A stretch of 64,000 nucleotides of DNA, from positions 3,744,001-3,808,000 of the forward strand of contig CAWIAD010000002.1 of NCBI GenBank assembly GCA_963833985.1, given 5' to 3'. The position numbers and the translations under genes are program-made. Below, piece after piece: positions 24,341-33,852 of this stretch; position 1 is the first letter of the stretch, and each line of letters opens with the position of its first letter. Source of the stretch: an uncultured Planctomycetaceae bacterium. GTDB lineage: Bacteria; Planctomycetota; Planctomycetia; Isosphaerales; Isosphaeraceae. The notes below the pieces were generated by a model, which was given only the letters and a program-made list of their open reading frames with translations, made no database searches and was not told the origin of the DNA.

Positions 24341-24349
24341 TCCCGGTAA

Positions 24350-24451
24350 TTGCCGGCAGAGCTCCGCGTACGACTTGAACGCTATCCCCGCGCACCGCAG
24401 CCGCAGCTCGCAGGCCGGCGGTCTGTCCAGCGGTCTCGTCGCGGTGCTCAT
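24350..24451 (-). pseudogene. Truncated Uma2 5' end
   Basis: MSTATRPLDRPPACELRLRCAGIAFKSYAELCRQ aligns without gaps to the first 34 aa of 18654-19301, then similarity stops. Confidence 0.75.
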
Positions 24452-25071
24452 CACTTGCCGCCTTTCGGGCCCGGCAGCAGGTCGGCCACGGCGATCCGGG
24501 CCGCCACCTGGGCGTCCAGCACCAGCTCGACCGTCTCCGTCTCTCCCAGGATCGTGGGGGCCGGGTAGGCGCCGGCGGCCGGGTGCGCGTACACCTCGAG
24601 CTGCCGGTCGGTCACGTTGAGGATCCAGTACACCGCGATGCCGCCCCCGCCATAGGTCGCGGCCATGGCCCGGTCGGCGGCGAGGGTGGAGTCCGAGATC
24701 TCGACCACCAGGGCGACGTCCGCCGGGCCGGGATCGGACTTCAGGTAATCGTCCGGGTCGCCGCGTGCCACCGAGATGTCCGGCTCGGGCATGCTCTCAC
24801 GCGCGGCAATGCGGACCGGAGTCTCGGCCCGAACGTGCCAGCCGGCCGGCAAGACCCGCTCGATCGCCTGGCGTACCTTGACCGAACCCGCGGAGTGTCT
24901 CCTGCCCTTGGTCATCTTCTCCACCAGCATCCCTTCGATCAGCTCGAGCCGATCGTCCCTCGTGAACGCTCCCGAGGCAACCATGGCCTCGTACTTCTCA
25001 ACGCTCAGGCGGGCCATCCGCCGCCCCGGCGGCAAGCCCGCGACCACCGGCGTTTCCGTGCTCGTGCTCAT
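24451..25071 (-). CDS. Uma2/DUF820 protein (second subtype)
   Basis: RLSVEKYEAMV..LELIEG, MPEPDISV, LVVEISDSTL, GIAVYWILN. Confidence 0.9.
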   Translation of the reverse strand: MSTSTETPVVAGLPPGRRMARLSVEKYEAMVASGAFTRDDRLELIEGMLVEKMTKGRRHSAGSVKVRQAIERVLPAGWHVRAETPVRIAARESMPEPDISVARGDPDDYLKSDPGPADVALVVEISDSTLAADRAMAATYGGGGIAVYWILNVTDRQLEVYAHPAAGAYPAPTILGETETVELVLDAQVAARIAVADLLPGPKGGK

Positions 25072-25074
25072 CAG

Positions 25075-25302
25075 TCACCACCTTCGGCCTTTCGGTTTGA
25101 CCGTGATCAGTGCCACCTGGTCCAGATCGGTGCTCGACTCGCCGCCGTCGCTGCCCATCACGACGGCGATCCGGTCGCCCGGCTTGTGCCGGACTTGCTC
25201 CGGCCGGTCGACGTGCACCCCGACGTCCCAGCCGCCCAGCACGAACGCGAACGGCTGGAAGGGCTGGCGGAGCAGGAGGCCGGCAAGGGTCTGGGAAATC
25301 AC
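25075..25302 (-). CDS. Small hypothetical protein
   Basis: 75 aa with LLRQPFQPF motif; tightly coupled to both neighbours. Confidence 0.6.
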   Translation of the reverse strand: MISQTLAGLLLRQPFQPFAFVLGGWDVGVHVDRPEQVRHKPGDRIAVVMGSDGGESSTDLDQVALITVKPKGRRW

Positions 25303-25523
25303 GACTCACCACCCTTCGCCTTGCGCTTCGGGGCGGGGGACGTAACGAGCTTGCGCATCTCCTCTTCGACATCCCGCTGGATCTGCGGGGCAATCATGGC
25401 CTCAAGATACTCGATCACGGACTGCTCGCGACAAGCTGCCACGATCTTGGCTTTCCGCATCAGCTCCTGGTCCAGCTTGACGCTCATTCGCCGCATCTCC
25501 AGCAACTCCGGGCCTGTGCTCAC
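25299..25523 (-). CDS. Small ribbon-helix-helix-like DNA-binding protein
   Basis: RMSVKLDQELMRKAKIVAACREQSVIEYLEAMI gives a strand-helix-helix pattern. Confidence 0.65.
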   Translation of the reverse strand: MSTGPELLEMRRMSVKLDQELMRKAKIVAACREQSVIEYLEAMIAPQIQRDVEEEMRKLVTSPAPKRKAKGGES

Positions 25524-26791
25524 GTTCGAGCTCCCATCACAAACAAGGATTCTACCCCGCGCGCCCGGGGGCCCTGAAGCCAGTATCGCCATTGCTCCTG
25601 ATTCGTCAAGGGGCAAGCTACTTATTGAACTAAGGGGTAAAAGGGAACAAGCTACCATCGTCCCCTCGACGATCCCCCACCCCGGAGCCCCCCACCAGCA
25701 AGCCCGAGCTAGCCGGAGTCACCGCGACCGCCACCCTGGTGGCCGCCATCGGCGAGACCATCGCCGCCAGCGAGGCGGGGCGCTCCCGCGAAGACGTCGC
25801 CGCGACGATCGCGCACCTGGCAACGCTGCTCGAACGTTGACATGCGATGATCGCGCCCGGGCGTTCCGGGTCGGTCCTGGAAAGGATCGATCGCAAGTGC
25901 CCGTTTCCCGCCGGCATGTGCATGGCGCACTCTGCCTTGACCGACACCATGAAGCACCTGGGAATCACCCTGAAGCCACCCCAGGAGCGATCTGATTCAC
26001 GAGATCCGCGCCGCCCGCCAGGAGCTGCAATGGTGCGAGCGTGCGGCCAGCGCGGCCCGCTTCCAGCTGCGCACCTGCAAGGGCACCCTGATCGATGCCA
26101 GGGCCGCGCTGGATGAGCGGCTCGAAGAGCTGGAGAGCGGCGAAAGCAAGTACCCGATGCTCGAGCGGTTGGCCCGCAACGGCGCGCATCACAGGGCGAC
26201 CCCGTGAGCGACCTTTCATGATCCCGGCCTGCGTCGAGGGCGGCCTTCCGATGTGTGGCCACTTTCTGGTCCGCAACGCGGCGACACGTCCTGGCCCGGC
26301 GGCGCCAACCCCAGGCAGAGTCGCTCACAGAATGACATCACCAGGGAGGGGCGAGCGCGGAGAACTGGTGGCCAGGCTCGGCGTGGTCATGCCGCCTGTA
26401 ATGCTCTGCGTTGACCTTCAGCACCGATCGCTCGACGCAACAAGATCGACGACTCTTTCCAAGGCCCCGCGTTGGAATGCCATCGCTGACGCGCGGCTCT
26501 TGTTGCGCATGCTGGGCAACTTCGTCCCATTTTCCAGGCCCTGGCCAGAGCCATCGAGGTAGGAGCGTCGCGGACGGTATTTCGATGCAGGGCGCCGGAA
26601 CTGATCTCTACCTTGGCGATTCCAGCCTTTCCTCGCTCGCTGCCTGCAACGCACCTCATCGGTGAGTTTCCTGAATTCCTTTGCACCGATGACCAGGGCG
26701 ATTGACACGATGAGCGCGAGATCCTATCACGAAGTCAGGCTGGCATGCCTCATTTCTTTGTGTCTCCGGGGAATCAAGCGGGAGCGACTTC

Positions 26792-28902
26792 ATGCTGCTC
26801 ATCACCTCAGTGCTTCTTGTAACCTTCGTTGGAGCTGTGGATGACGAGTCGCGGCCCTCCCTCAATGACATGGAGGTCTATCGAAACGCTGCAACCCGAG
26901 CAGGCCGCGACGCCGAGGCGCACGCGCGGCTCGCGCTTTGGTGTGAGGCGCGGCGCATGCAGGACGAGCACGATGCAGAGCTCGCCCTGGCCTTGCGGCA
27001 CAATCCTCACAGTGCATTGTCGCGCGGCCTCAAGGGAGAGATCTACGAACGAGGGGAATGGCTGACGCCCGACGCGGTGGTCCAACAACAAGAGAAGCCA
27101 ACGCGGAAGCTGCTTCTCAGCCAGTACGATTCCCGACGCGCTGGGGAGATCGACACGGTCAAGGGGAACCTGGATCTGGCGCAATGGTGCGCCAGGGAAG
27201 GCCTGCGCGCAGAGGAGTTCGCACATCTGACGGCCGTGCTTCGCCGCGACCCGAGCCATGCCGAGGCCTGGCGGGCGCTCGGGTATCGCAATCGCGAGGG
27301 TGTCTGGGTCAACCCGTCCCACGAGCTGAAAAAACGAAGACTTCTCGCCGAGGCGCGCGAGGCTCACCGGCGGTGGGCCGCTCGGCTGAAACACCTTCTT
27401 CGCGCCTGGTCCTCACCCGAGGAACGACAGGCGGCCGATGCCGAGCTGGCCAAGATCCACGATCCGTTTGCGGCTTCCGCGATCGCCGAGGTCCTGGGCA
27501 ATGGATCGATCGAGCAACGCCAGCTCGCGGTGCGTTTACTCGACCAGATCGGTGGACCGGAGGCGATCAGCAGGCTCACCCTTATGGCTCTGCACGATAT
27601 CGAGGGACCGGTGTTCGGGGACGCGATCGACGCCCTCTCCCGACACGATCCGCGCCAGTTTCTCGGGCCGGTCATCGACTATGTGCGCGTACCGCCGAAG
27701 ATCACCGTCAAGCCGATCGGGGGCCCCGGTGAGCCGGGACGCATCGAGGTCGAGGGGATGGAGCCACGGATCTACGCCATCCCGAACATCGCCGAATTCC
27801 GCGTCGCAACCGGAAACCCTCCGACGCCAATCGATACGACCTGGCTCTCCGCAATGGCCTCGCGATCCCTGGGGAGCCGGAGTTCGGGTGGGTACAGCTA
27901 CAGTGTGTCGTACTATCCCTCCGACCCGGTGGTCACCCAAGCGTTCGCGCAGCTTGCGGCTAACCCGGGGGAGGCGGCCCCGATCCTCAAGGGTCTGGCG
28001 GGTCTGGCCGCCGGCAAGCACGCCAGCCCGCCCCCGCTGACTTACCGTGTCGTCGTCCCTTACCGGCATACTTATGAGTCTGGATACGAACGCAACCTTG
28101 CCAGGAACATGCTGAACGAAGTGCGTAATCATAATATCGAAATAAAAAACATGTACAATATTTACTGTAATCAGATTCGAAAACAGTTCAATGCCGACTC
28201 GAAAACGGTACGAAACCAAGCCGGCTCGATTGAGCGGACAGCGCCAACGCACTCGACTTGCTTCATCAGGTGACAGGGCTAGACCTTGGCACGGATCACG
28301 GGCGCTGGGTCGCCTGGTGGGCGGAATGGAACCGGTCCGAACCGGCCATCGGCCAAAATGCCGCCGGTGCTCCTGCGGCGGTCGCTGCTAACGCAGTTCC
28401 CGCAAGAAGGACGACAAAGCTCCACAGGCCCCGACTTGGCAGGGGGACCCTGGTGTGGACGTCGCGCGGCAAGAAGTCCGTGGAGTCGCTCCGTGTCGGT
28501 GACCTGGTGCTCAGCCAGGAGGCGTCGCAGGGCGTTCTCAGCTACCAGGGCGTGGCGGCGATCACGGATCCGGAGTCGGAATCCGTGGTGAGACTTCGGC
28601 TGGACCAGGGAGGCCCGATCGTGCTCTCGCCGATTGAGCCCGTCTGGAAGGCCGGAGTGGGCTGGGTTCGCTCCATCGACCTCAGGCCCGGAGACGCTGT
28701 CCGAGTGGTCGGCGGTCGGGCAGCCGTGGTTGCGCTGGACCCCGATCCGGACACCTCGTTGCTCAATGTCGTTCTCGTGGACAATGGGTCGCTCTTCGCC
28801 GGCGAGCGTGGCTTGCTAGTTCACGACAACAGCATTGTCCATCCTGCCTCTGTCCCGTTCGACGCGGTGCCGGATCTGACAAGCGAGAAGCCGGCGCAGT
28901 GA
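26792..28902 (+). CDS. Secreted helical-repeat protein with C-terminal HINT-like domain (frameshift near 28240)
   Basis: DAEAHARLALWCE, LAQWC...DPSHAEA..ALGY; GTLVWT..G.KSVESLRVGDLVLS...GWVRSIDLRPGD...LLVHDNS. Confidence 0.82.
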
Positions 28903-29220
28903 ATTCTGATGTCCAGGACCGAAACGCGGATGAAGAGAGAGTCCGGATGTGGTCAAGCCACTCCCCGATGGTCCGGCCGTTCTCGGCCCGGCTCTGTCGG
29001 GTCCCGAGCATACCGCGAGAGAGATCCCGGCCGCATCATGTCACGACCGCTTCTCTCATCGGTGTGTGGAATCGATCGCGAGAGATTCGGAGCGAACGGA
29101 CAGAGACCGTCCAGTTCCTCAGATCCACTCAAATACCTGCGTCTTGGAGGTTTCCTGCGCCGGCTTCATCCGGGACCAGACAGTTTGGCAGATTCTGCAA
29201 TCGGTGGGGCTTCTGGCAAG

Positions 29221-29294
29221 TATGCCCGACAGGATTTGAACCTGTAACCTTCGGCTCCGGAGGCCGACGCTCTATCCAGTTGAGCTACGGGCAC
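29221..29294 (-). tRNA. tRNA-Arg(CCG)
   Basis: GTGCCCGTAGCTCAACTGGATAGAGCG-TCGGC-CT-CCG-GA-GCCGA-AGGTTACAGGTTCAAATCCTGTCGGGCATA folds as a cloverleaf; CCA not encoded. Confidence 0.96.
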
Positions 29295-29306
29295 GCAACA
29301 GCTTGT

Positions 29307-29335
29307 ATTGCAACGCGGCCGGCGGAGGTTGTCAA
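29307..29335 (-). promoter_or_regulatory. Putative tRNA promoter
   Basis: TTGACA-17bp-TGCAAT just upstream of the tRNA. Confidence 0.6.
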
Positions 29336-29393
29336 GGGGCCCAAAAAGCCGGTGCGGCCGCCGCCGGTGCACCAGGGCCGCCCATGCAAGGCC

Positions 29394-29759
29394 TTAGCGG
29401 AAGGCCTTCAAGGCGGACGGCTTGTCGTCGTAGATCGCGAACAGGGCATCGAAATGGCCGATCCGGAATGTGTCCAGCAAGACCGGGCCAAGTCCCGTGA
29501 TCTTGAGCTGGCCGTGGAGCGCGGACACCTCCCGGGCCAGGCGGGCAAGCTCGCCCAGCATCGAGCTGGACATGTAACGCACCTGCGAGAAATCGAGCAG
29601 GATCCGGGTGCAGCCGCGGTCGGCCACCAGGCTGTGCAGCTCGGCGCCGATCTCCTTGATCAACGTCTCCTCGAACATGAGCCCGGACTCCACGAACTCC
29701 ACCACCGTCACGCCGTCCACTTCCTTCATCTGCAAATGTTTGAGCGCGTTTACCGACAT
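29394..29759 (-). CDS. STAS-domain anti-sigma factor antagonist
   Basis: ILLDFSQVRYMSSSMLGEL motif. Confidence 0.88.
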   Translation of the reverse strand: MSVNALKHLQMKEVDGVTVVEFVESGLMFEETLIKEIGAELHSLVADRGCTRILLDFSQVRYMSSSMLGELARLAREVSALHGQLKITGLGPVLLDTFRIGHFDALFAIYDDKPSALKAFR

Positions 29760-29827
29760 CGGGTGCCTCCTTCCAGGTTGCCGTGTTTCAGTTCCCTGAT
29801 CTCAGATGCGTTGCCCCTTGCAAGTCG

Positions 29828-30911
29828 TCATCGGGACGGCCCGTGAATCACCCAGCCTTCATCGAATACCGCCTGGTTGACGACCGACCGGCGATCGGAA
29901 GTGAATACCACATGGATGCGGCCGTCGCGGGTCTGGAACGCGATCGGGTAGGCGTAGTCGTTGTCGCCCTCACGCAGGTTGCGACGGACCGGATAGGTCC
30001 GATCCTGGTCAAAAGAGAGGGCGACGGAAAGCGGCGTCCGCCGGTTCATGCTGTGGTTGTACACCAGGAGCAGCCGGCCACTGCGCAGCTTGAGGAAGTC
30101 GACCGCGGCGTTCGGGTTCGGAAACGAGGAATCTTTCCCCTCGCTCCAGGTCAGGCCGCCGTCGCGGGATTCGGAGCGGACGATATAGCCCTGGGTTTCC
30201 GGCTTGTAATCCCCCCCGCGCCGGCAATAGGCCACCAGGTGATTGCCCTCGAGCTCGACCACCGCCGGTTGAATATTGCCCCGCGGCGAGCGGATCGGCC
30301 CGGTCTTGCTCCACGTTCCGTCGCGATGCGAGCGCCGCAGGAAGAACGAGTAGCTGTCCGAGCCGGTCATCTCGGGGTCATACCCGGTCTCGTGGTAGAG
30401 CGGCAAGAGGAAGTCGCCGCTGGCCAGCGTGACGGGTCGGTTCCGTACCAGGGTGCCCTCGTCAAGCACCAGGAGCGAGGCGTCGGACCAGGATGCCGCG
30501 CCATCTCTCGAGACCTTGACCTGGACCCTGGAGGTGGACCATGTGTCGCCGTAGCGAACCACGTAGAAAAGCCAGACGATGCCGTCGGGGCTCTCCCAGA
30601 CCACGGCGTTTCCGACCGAGCGGAACGGGTCGTGCGCGATGCGTTCCGGGGGGGACCACTGGCTGGTTCCCGCACGCAGGCGTGAGCCGAACACACCCGT
30701 ATCGACGGCGTACTCGCCGCTGCCGCCGTAGTAGACGAGGTAGAGATCGCCATTCTTCAGCTCGGTCATGCAGGCTGGATGCTTGTATGGACCTGTCTTC
30801 ACCTCCGGCCCAAAGATTCGCTCCACCTGGAGCTGCGCCTCCCCGGCACGGAACCAGGGCCGGAAGGGAACCGATCAGCATGATCCAGGGCGCGATCGTG
30901 CGTTTGCTCAT
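29828..30911 (-). CDS. BNR/Asp-box sialidase-family protein (frameshift near 30850)
   Basis: SRDGAASWS, SRDGGLTWS and SFDQDRTY boxes; FPNPNAAVD; signal peptide in another frame. Confidence 0.82.
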
Positions 30912-31155
30912 CGTGGTATTCCCGCCTTGGGGTGGAATCGCCTGCCTGTCGTGCGACCGCGCATCTCTTCGCTATTCTGTAGAGCGCGGACTCGGCGGGC
31001 AAGCCAGCAGCGGATTCGGGTTTGCCGCCTGGTCATGTACGCCACGGCGCGGCCGGATTCTGCTTGCGAACACGTTGGCTCCAGGAGACCGGTCCGCTAA
31101 CATCGTTGCGCAGGCGTCGAGTGGGGTCCCGAGTCAGGATCAAGGTCAGCAAGTC

Positions 31156-32007
31156 ATGAGCTTACCAGGTACGACACGCGTGGCGGCTGTGCAGATGGAG
31201 CCGGAACTCGGCAAGGTCGACGCGAACCTGGAGCGCATCCGGAAACGTCTGGAAGAAGCAGCCTCCGGAGGGGCGAAGCTGGCCGTCTTTCCCGAATGCG
31301 CGCTCTCCGGGTACGGCTTCGGCAGCCGGGAAGAGGGACTGGCTCACGCCGTGCCGCTGGACGGCCCCGCGGTGGCCGAGGTCGCCCGGGTCGTCCGGCG
31401 AACCGGGTGCGGCTGCATCTTTGGTCTCCTGGAACGGGCCGGATCGAACTTGTTCAACGCCTGCGTGCTGGTGGGCCGCGAAGGCGTACGGGCCGTCTAT
31501 CACAAGGTGCACCTGCCCTTCCTGGGTATTGACATGTTCGTGGACCCGGGCGACCAGCCGTTCGCCGTTCATGAACAGGACGGTCTGAAGATCGGCATGC
31601 ATATCTGCTACGACGGGTCGTTCCCGGAGACGGCACGCGTGCTCAGCCTTCTGGGAGCGGATCTGCTGGTGCTGCCGACCAACTGGCCGACCCACTCCGA
31701 ATGCGCCGCGGAGCACATGATCCCGACGCGGGCGATGGAGAACACGGTCTACGTGATGGCAGTCAACCGGGTCGGCACCGAGAGCGGCTTCCGGTTCATC
31801 GGCGCGAGCTCAATTGCCGACCCCTCGGGCACGATGATGGCTCGGGCCAGCACAGACGCCGAAGAAATCATCTATGCCGAGATCGACCCGGTGCGCGCCC
31901 GCACCAAGCGGCTGGTCCGCGTGCCGGGCCGGCACGAGGTCAACCGCATCGCCGACCGCCGACCGTCCTTCTATGGCCCGCTGGTGGAACCCAACGGGAG
32001 GGGCTGA
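31156..32007 (+). CDS. Carbon-nitrogen hydrolase (nitrilase superfamily)
   Basis: VFPEC, YHKVHLP and ICYDGSFPE triad motifs. Confidence 0.92.
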   Translation: MSLPGTTRVAAVQMEPELGKVDANLERIRKRLEEAASGGAKLAVFPECALSGYGFGSREEGLAHAVPLDGPAVAEVARVVRRTGCGCIFGLLERAGSNLFNACVLVGREGVRAVYHKVHLPFLGIDMFVDPGDQPFAVHEQDGLKIGMHICYDGSFPETARVLSLLGADLLVLPTNWPTHSECAAEHMIPTRAMENTVYVMAVNRVGTESGFRFIGASSIADPSGTMMARASTDAEEIIYAEIDPVRARTKRLVRVPGRHEVNRIADRRPSFYGPLVEPNGRG

Positions 32008-32066
32008 GCGCAGCAGGTTCCGCTCCGAGAGTCGCCCGGGACGAGTTATCGCAGCCGCAACGACGC

Positions 32067-33033
32067 TCATGGCCCCGTGAGCACGGGCGCGGCGGGCGGG
32101 TCCGCGACGAACTTCCGAGGCGGAGGGATCTGGATCCGGGTTGCGCCGGTCTGCACCACCTGGGCGTCCGCGCTGCTGCCCGGGCCCTTTACCGCCTCGG
32201 GACGGGAGGGACCAGGCATGCCGGCCGCGGCGACCTGCTGGGCCTCGACGCGATCAAGCTGGGCCAGCGCCGGCGCGCCAGGGTCAGGCTGGGGCGTAGC
32301 GCCAGGGCCTGCAAGTATTGCTCGCGCACAGGCCGATCTGTCCGGTGGCTGCCAGCAGGAACCCGAGGTTGGCGTGGCCGATGGCGTCGCCGCTGTACTG
32401 GCTGAGCAGTTCGAGGGCCTCCTTGTTCCGGCCGGTCGCGGCAAGGGTGAGGCCCATGTTGGTCTTCAGCTTCACGTCATCGGGTGCAATCCGCGCACCC
32501 GTCTTGAGCGTCCGTTCGGCCTCGGCCCAGCGCCCCTGGAGGTAATAGCTGTAGCCGGCATCATTCCAGACCCGGGCATCGCGCGGGCTGAGCCGGAGCG
32601 CTTTCTTGTAATGCATCTCCGCCTGGGCGAAACGGCCCAGGCGGTCCAGCGCGTTGCCGATCCTGCGATGTACCAGCGCCTCGTCCGCATGGCGGCTGCG
32701 GCCGATGCCGTGGTGTTCGCAAGCGGCCAGCGCCTGCTGGTATTCCATGAGGGCCGCCTCGGGATTTCCCTGTGTCTCGAAGACGCGTCCCAGATCGATG
32801 TGGACGTGGATGCGCTGGTCCGGGGTGACATCCCTGCGAAATCCGTTGGGATCGTAGGCATTCGTCAGATCGACCGCGACGGTCCCCGGCGCGGCATTCG
32901 CGGGGGTGGCGGGCGGCTGGCTGCTTGCGTCTGCCTGCTTCCGCGGGGGATCGGCCCAGGCGGTCGAGCAAGCCAGCGCGGTCGCAAGCAGGGCCAGAGC
33001 GAAACACCAGGCAGGGTTCGCATGGCGGGGCAT
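32067..33033 (-). CDS. Secreted TPR protein, TadD-like (frameshift near 32330)
   Basis: Signal peptide; ARVWNDAGYSYYLQGRWAEAE TPRs; downstream of the secretin. Confidence 0.72.
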
Positions 33034-33088
33034 GGAGATCGGCCGTGGGCAACCCGGCGCGGCACCGCGGCATCGTGGTACTTTCATG

Positions 33089-33742
33089 TCATTGTGCTCC
33101 CGCACCGCGGCCATAGGCGTAAGCCGCGTTCTGAGGTGTTGGCGGGTAGGTGATCCCGGCTTGCGAGCTGCGCACCAGCACGGTGTTGAAATTGTTACTT
33201 GCCTCCGTACCCATGGCGCCAGGATAACGGGACGGGCCAATGAGCACGCGCTCGGGAACGATCGGCTGGCCGGCCTTCTGCATGGTCAGCAGGATGGCCT
33301 GCCGGCGCGACTCGGCCAGCCCGGGCTCGTCCGGAGTCCATTCCACGACCACCGGGCCGAGCCAGCTGGCCAGCCGCGAGTACATGAGATTGAAGCGGTA
33401 AGCGCCCGTGGGAGAGAACTGGTTCGTGCCGGGCAGAAAATCATCCCGATACAAGGTGAAGCGGTGCGGGTCTGCCTTGGCGACTTGCATAGTCATCTGT
33501 TCCCTTACAAAATATGTGATCGGGGGCATGTTGAAGGTTTCGGGATAGCCGATCCACTTGTCCTGCAACGTGGCGGCGGAGTGATGCAGCCAGCGGTGCA
33601 AGATGCCCTTCCGCTCCTGGGCCTGCGGGCCCGGCACAGCGTCCGGCGGCTGCGCCCTGGCGACCGCCGCGCCGGCGGCCAGGCCGATGGCGATCGCCAT
33701 ACAGGACCAGCGGGCAAACCGTACCTTCGTCGTTTCCATCAC
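33089..33742 (-). CDS. Secreted hypothetical protein
   Basis: Signal peptide; lies between secretin and TPR gene on the same strand. Confidence 0.7.
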   Translation of the reverse strand: MMETTKVRFARWSCMAIAIGLAAGAAVARAQPPDAVPGPQAQERKGILHRWLHHSAATLQDKWIGYPETFNMPPITYFVREQMTMQVAKADPHRFTLYRDDFLPGTNQFSPTGAYRFNLMYSRLASWLGPVVVEWTPDEPGLAESRRQAILLTMQKAGQPIVPERVLIGPSRYPGAMGTEASNNFNTVLVRSSQAGITYPPTPQNAAYAYGRGAGAQ

Positions 33743-33852
33743 AGTCTCCCTCGAGCGGGCCTTGCCCGTGTTCGCGCCGGGTCAATGGATCGGATCATCC
33801 CCTGGACGTGGGGCCGGCGTTTCCGAGCCGCACGATTCTGAAAGACCGGACG

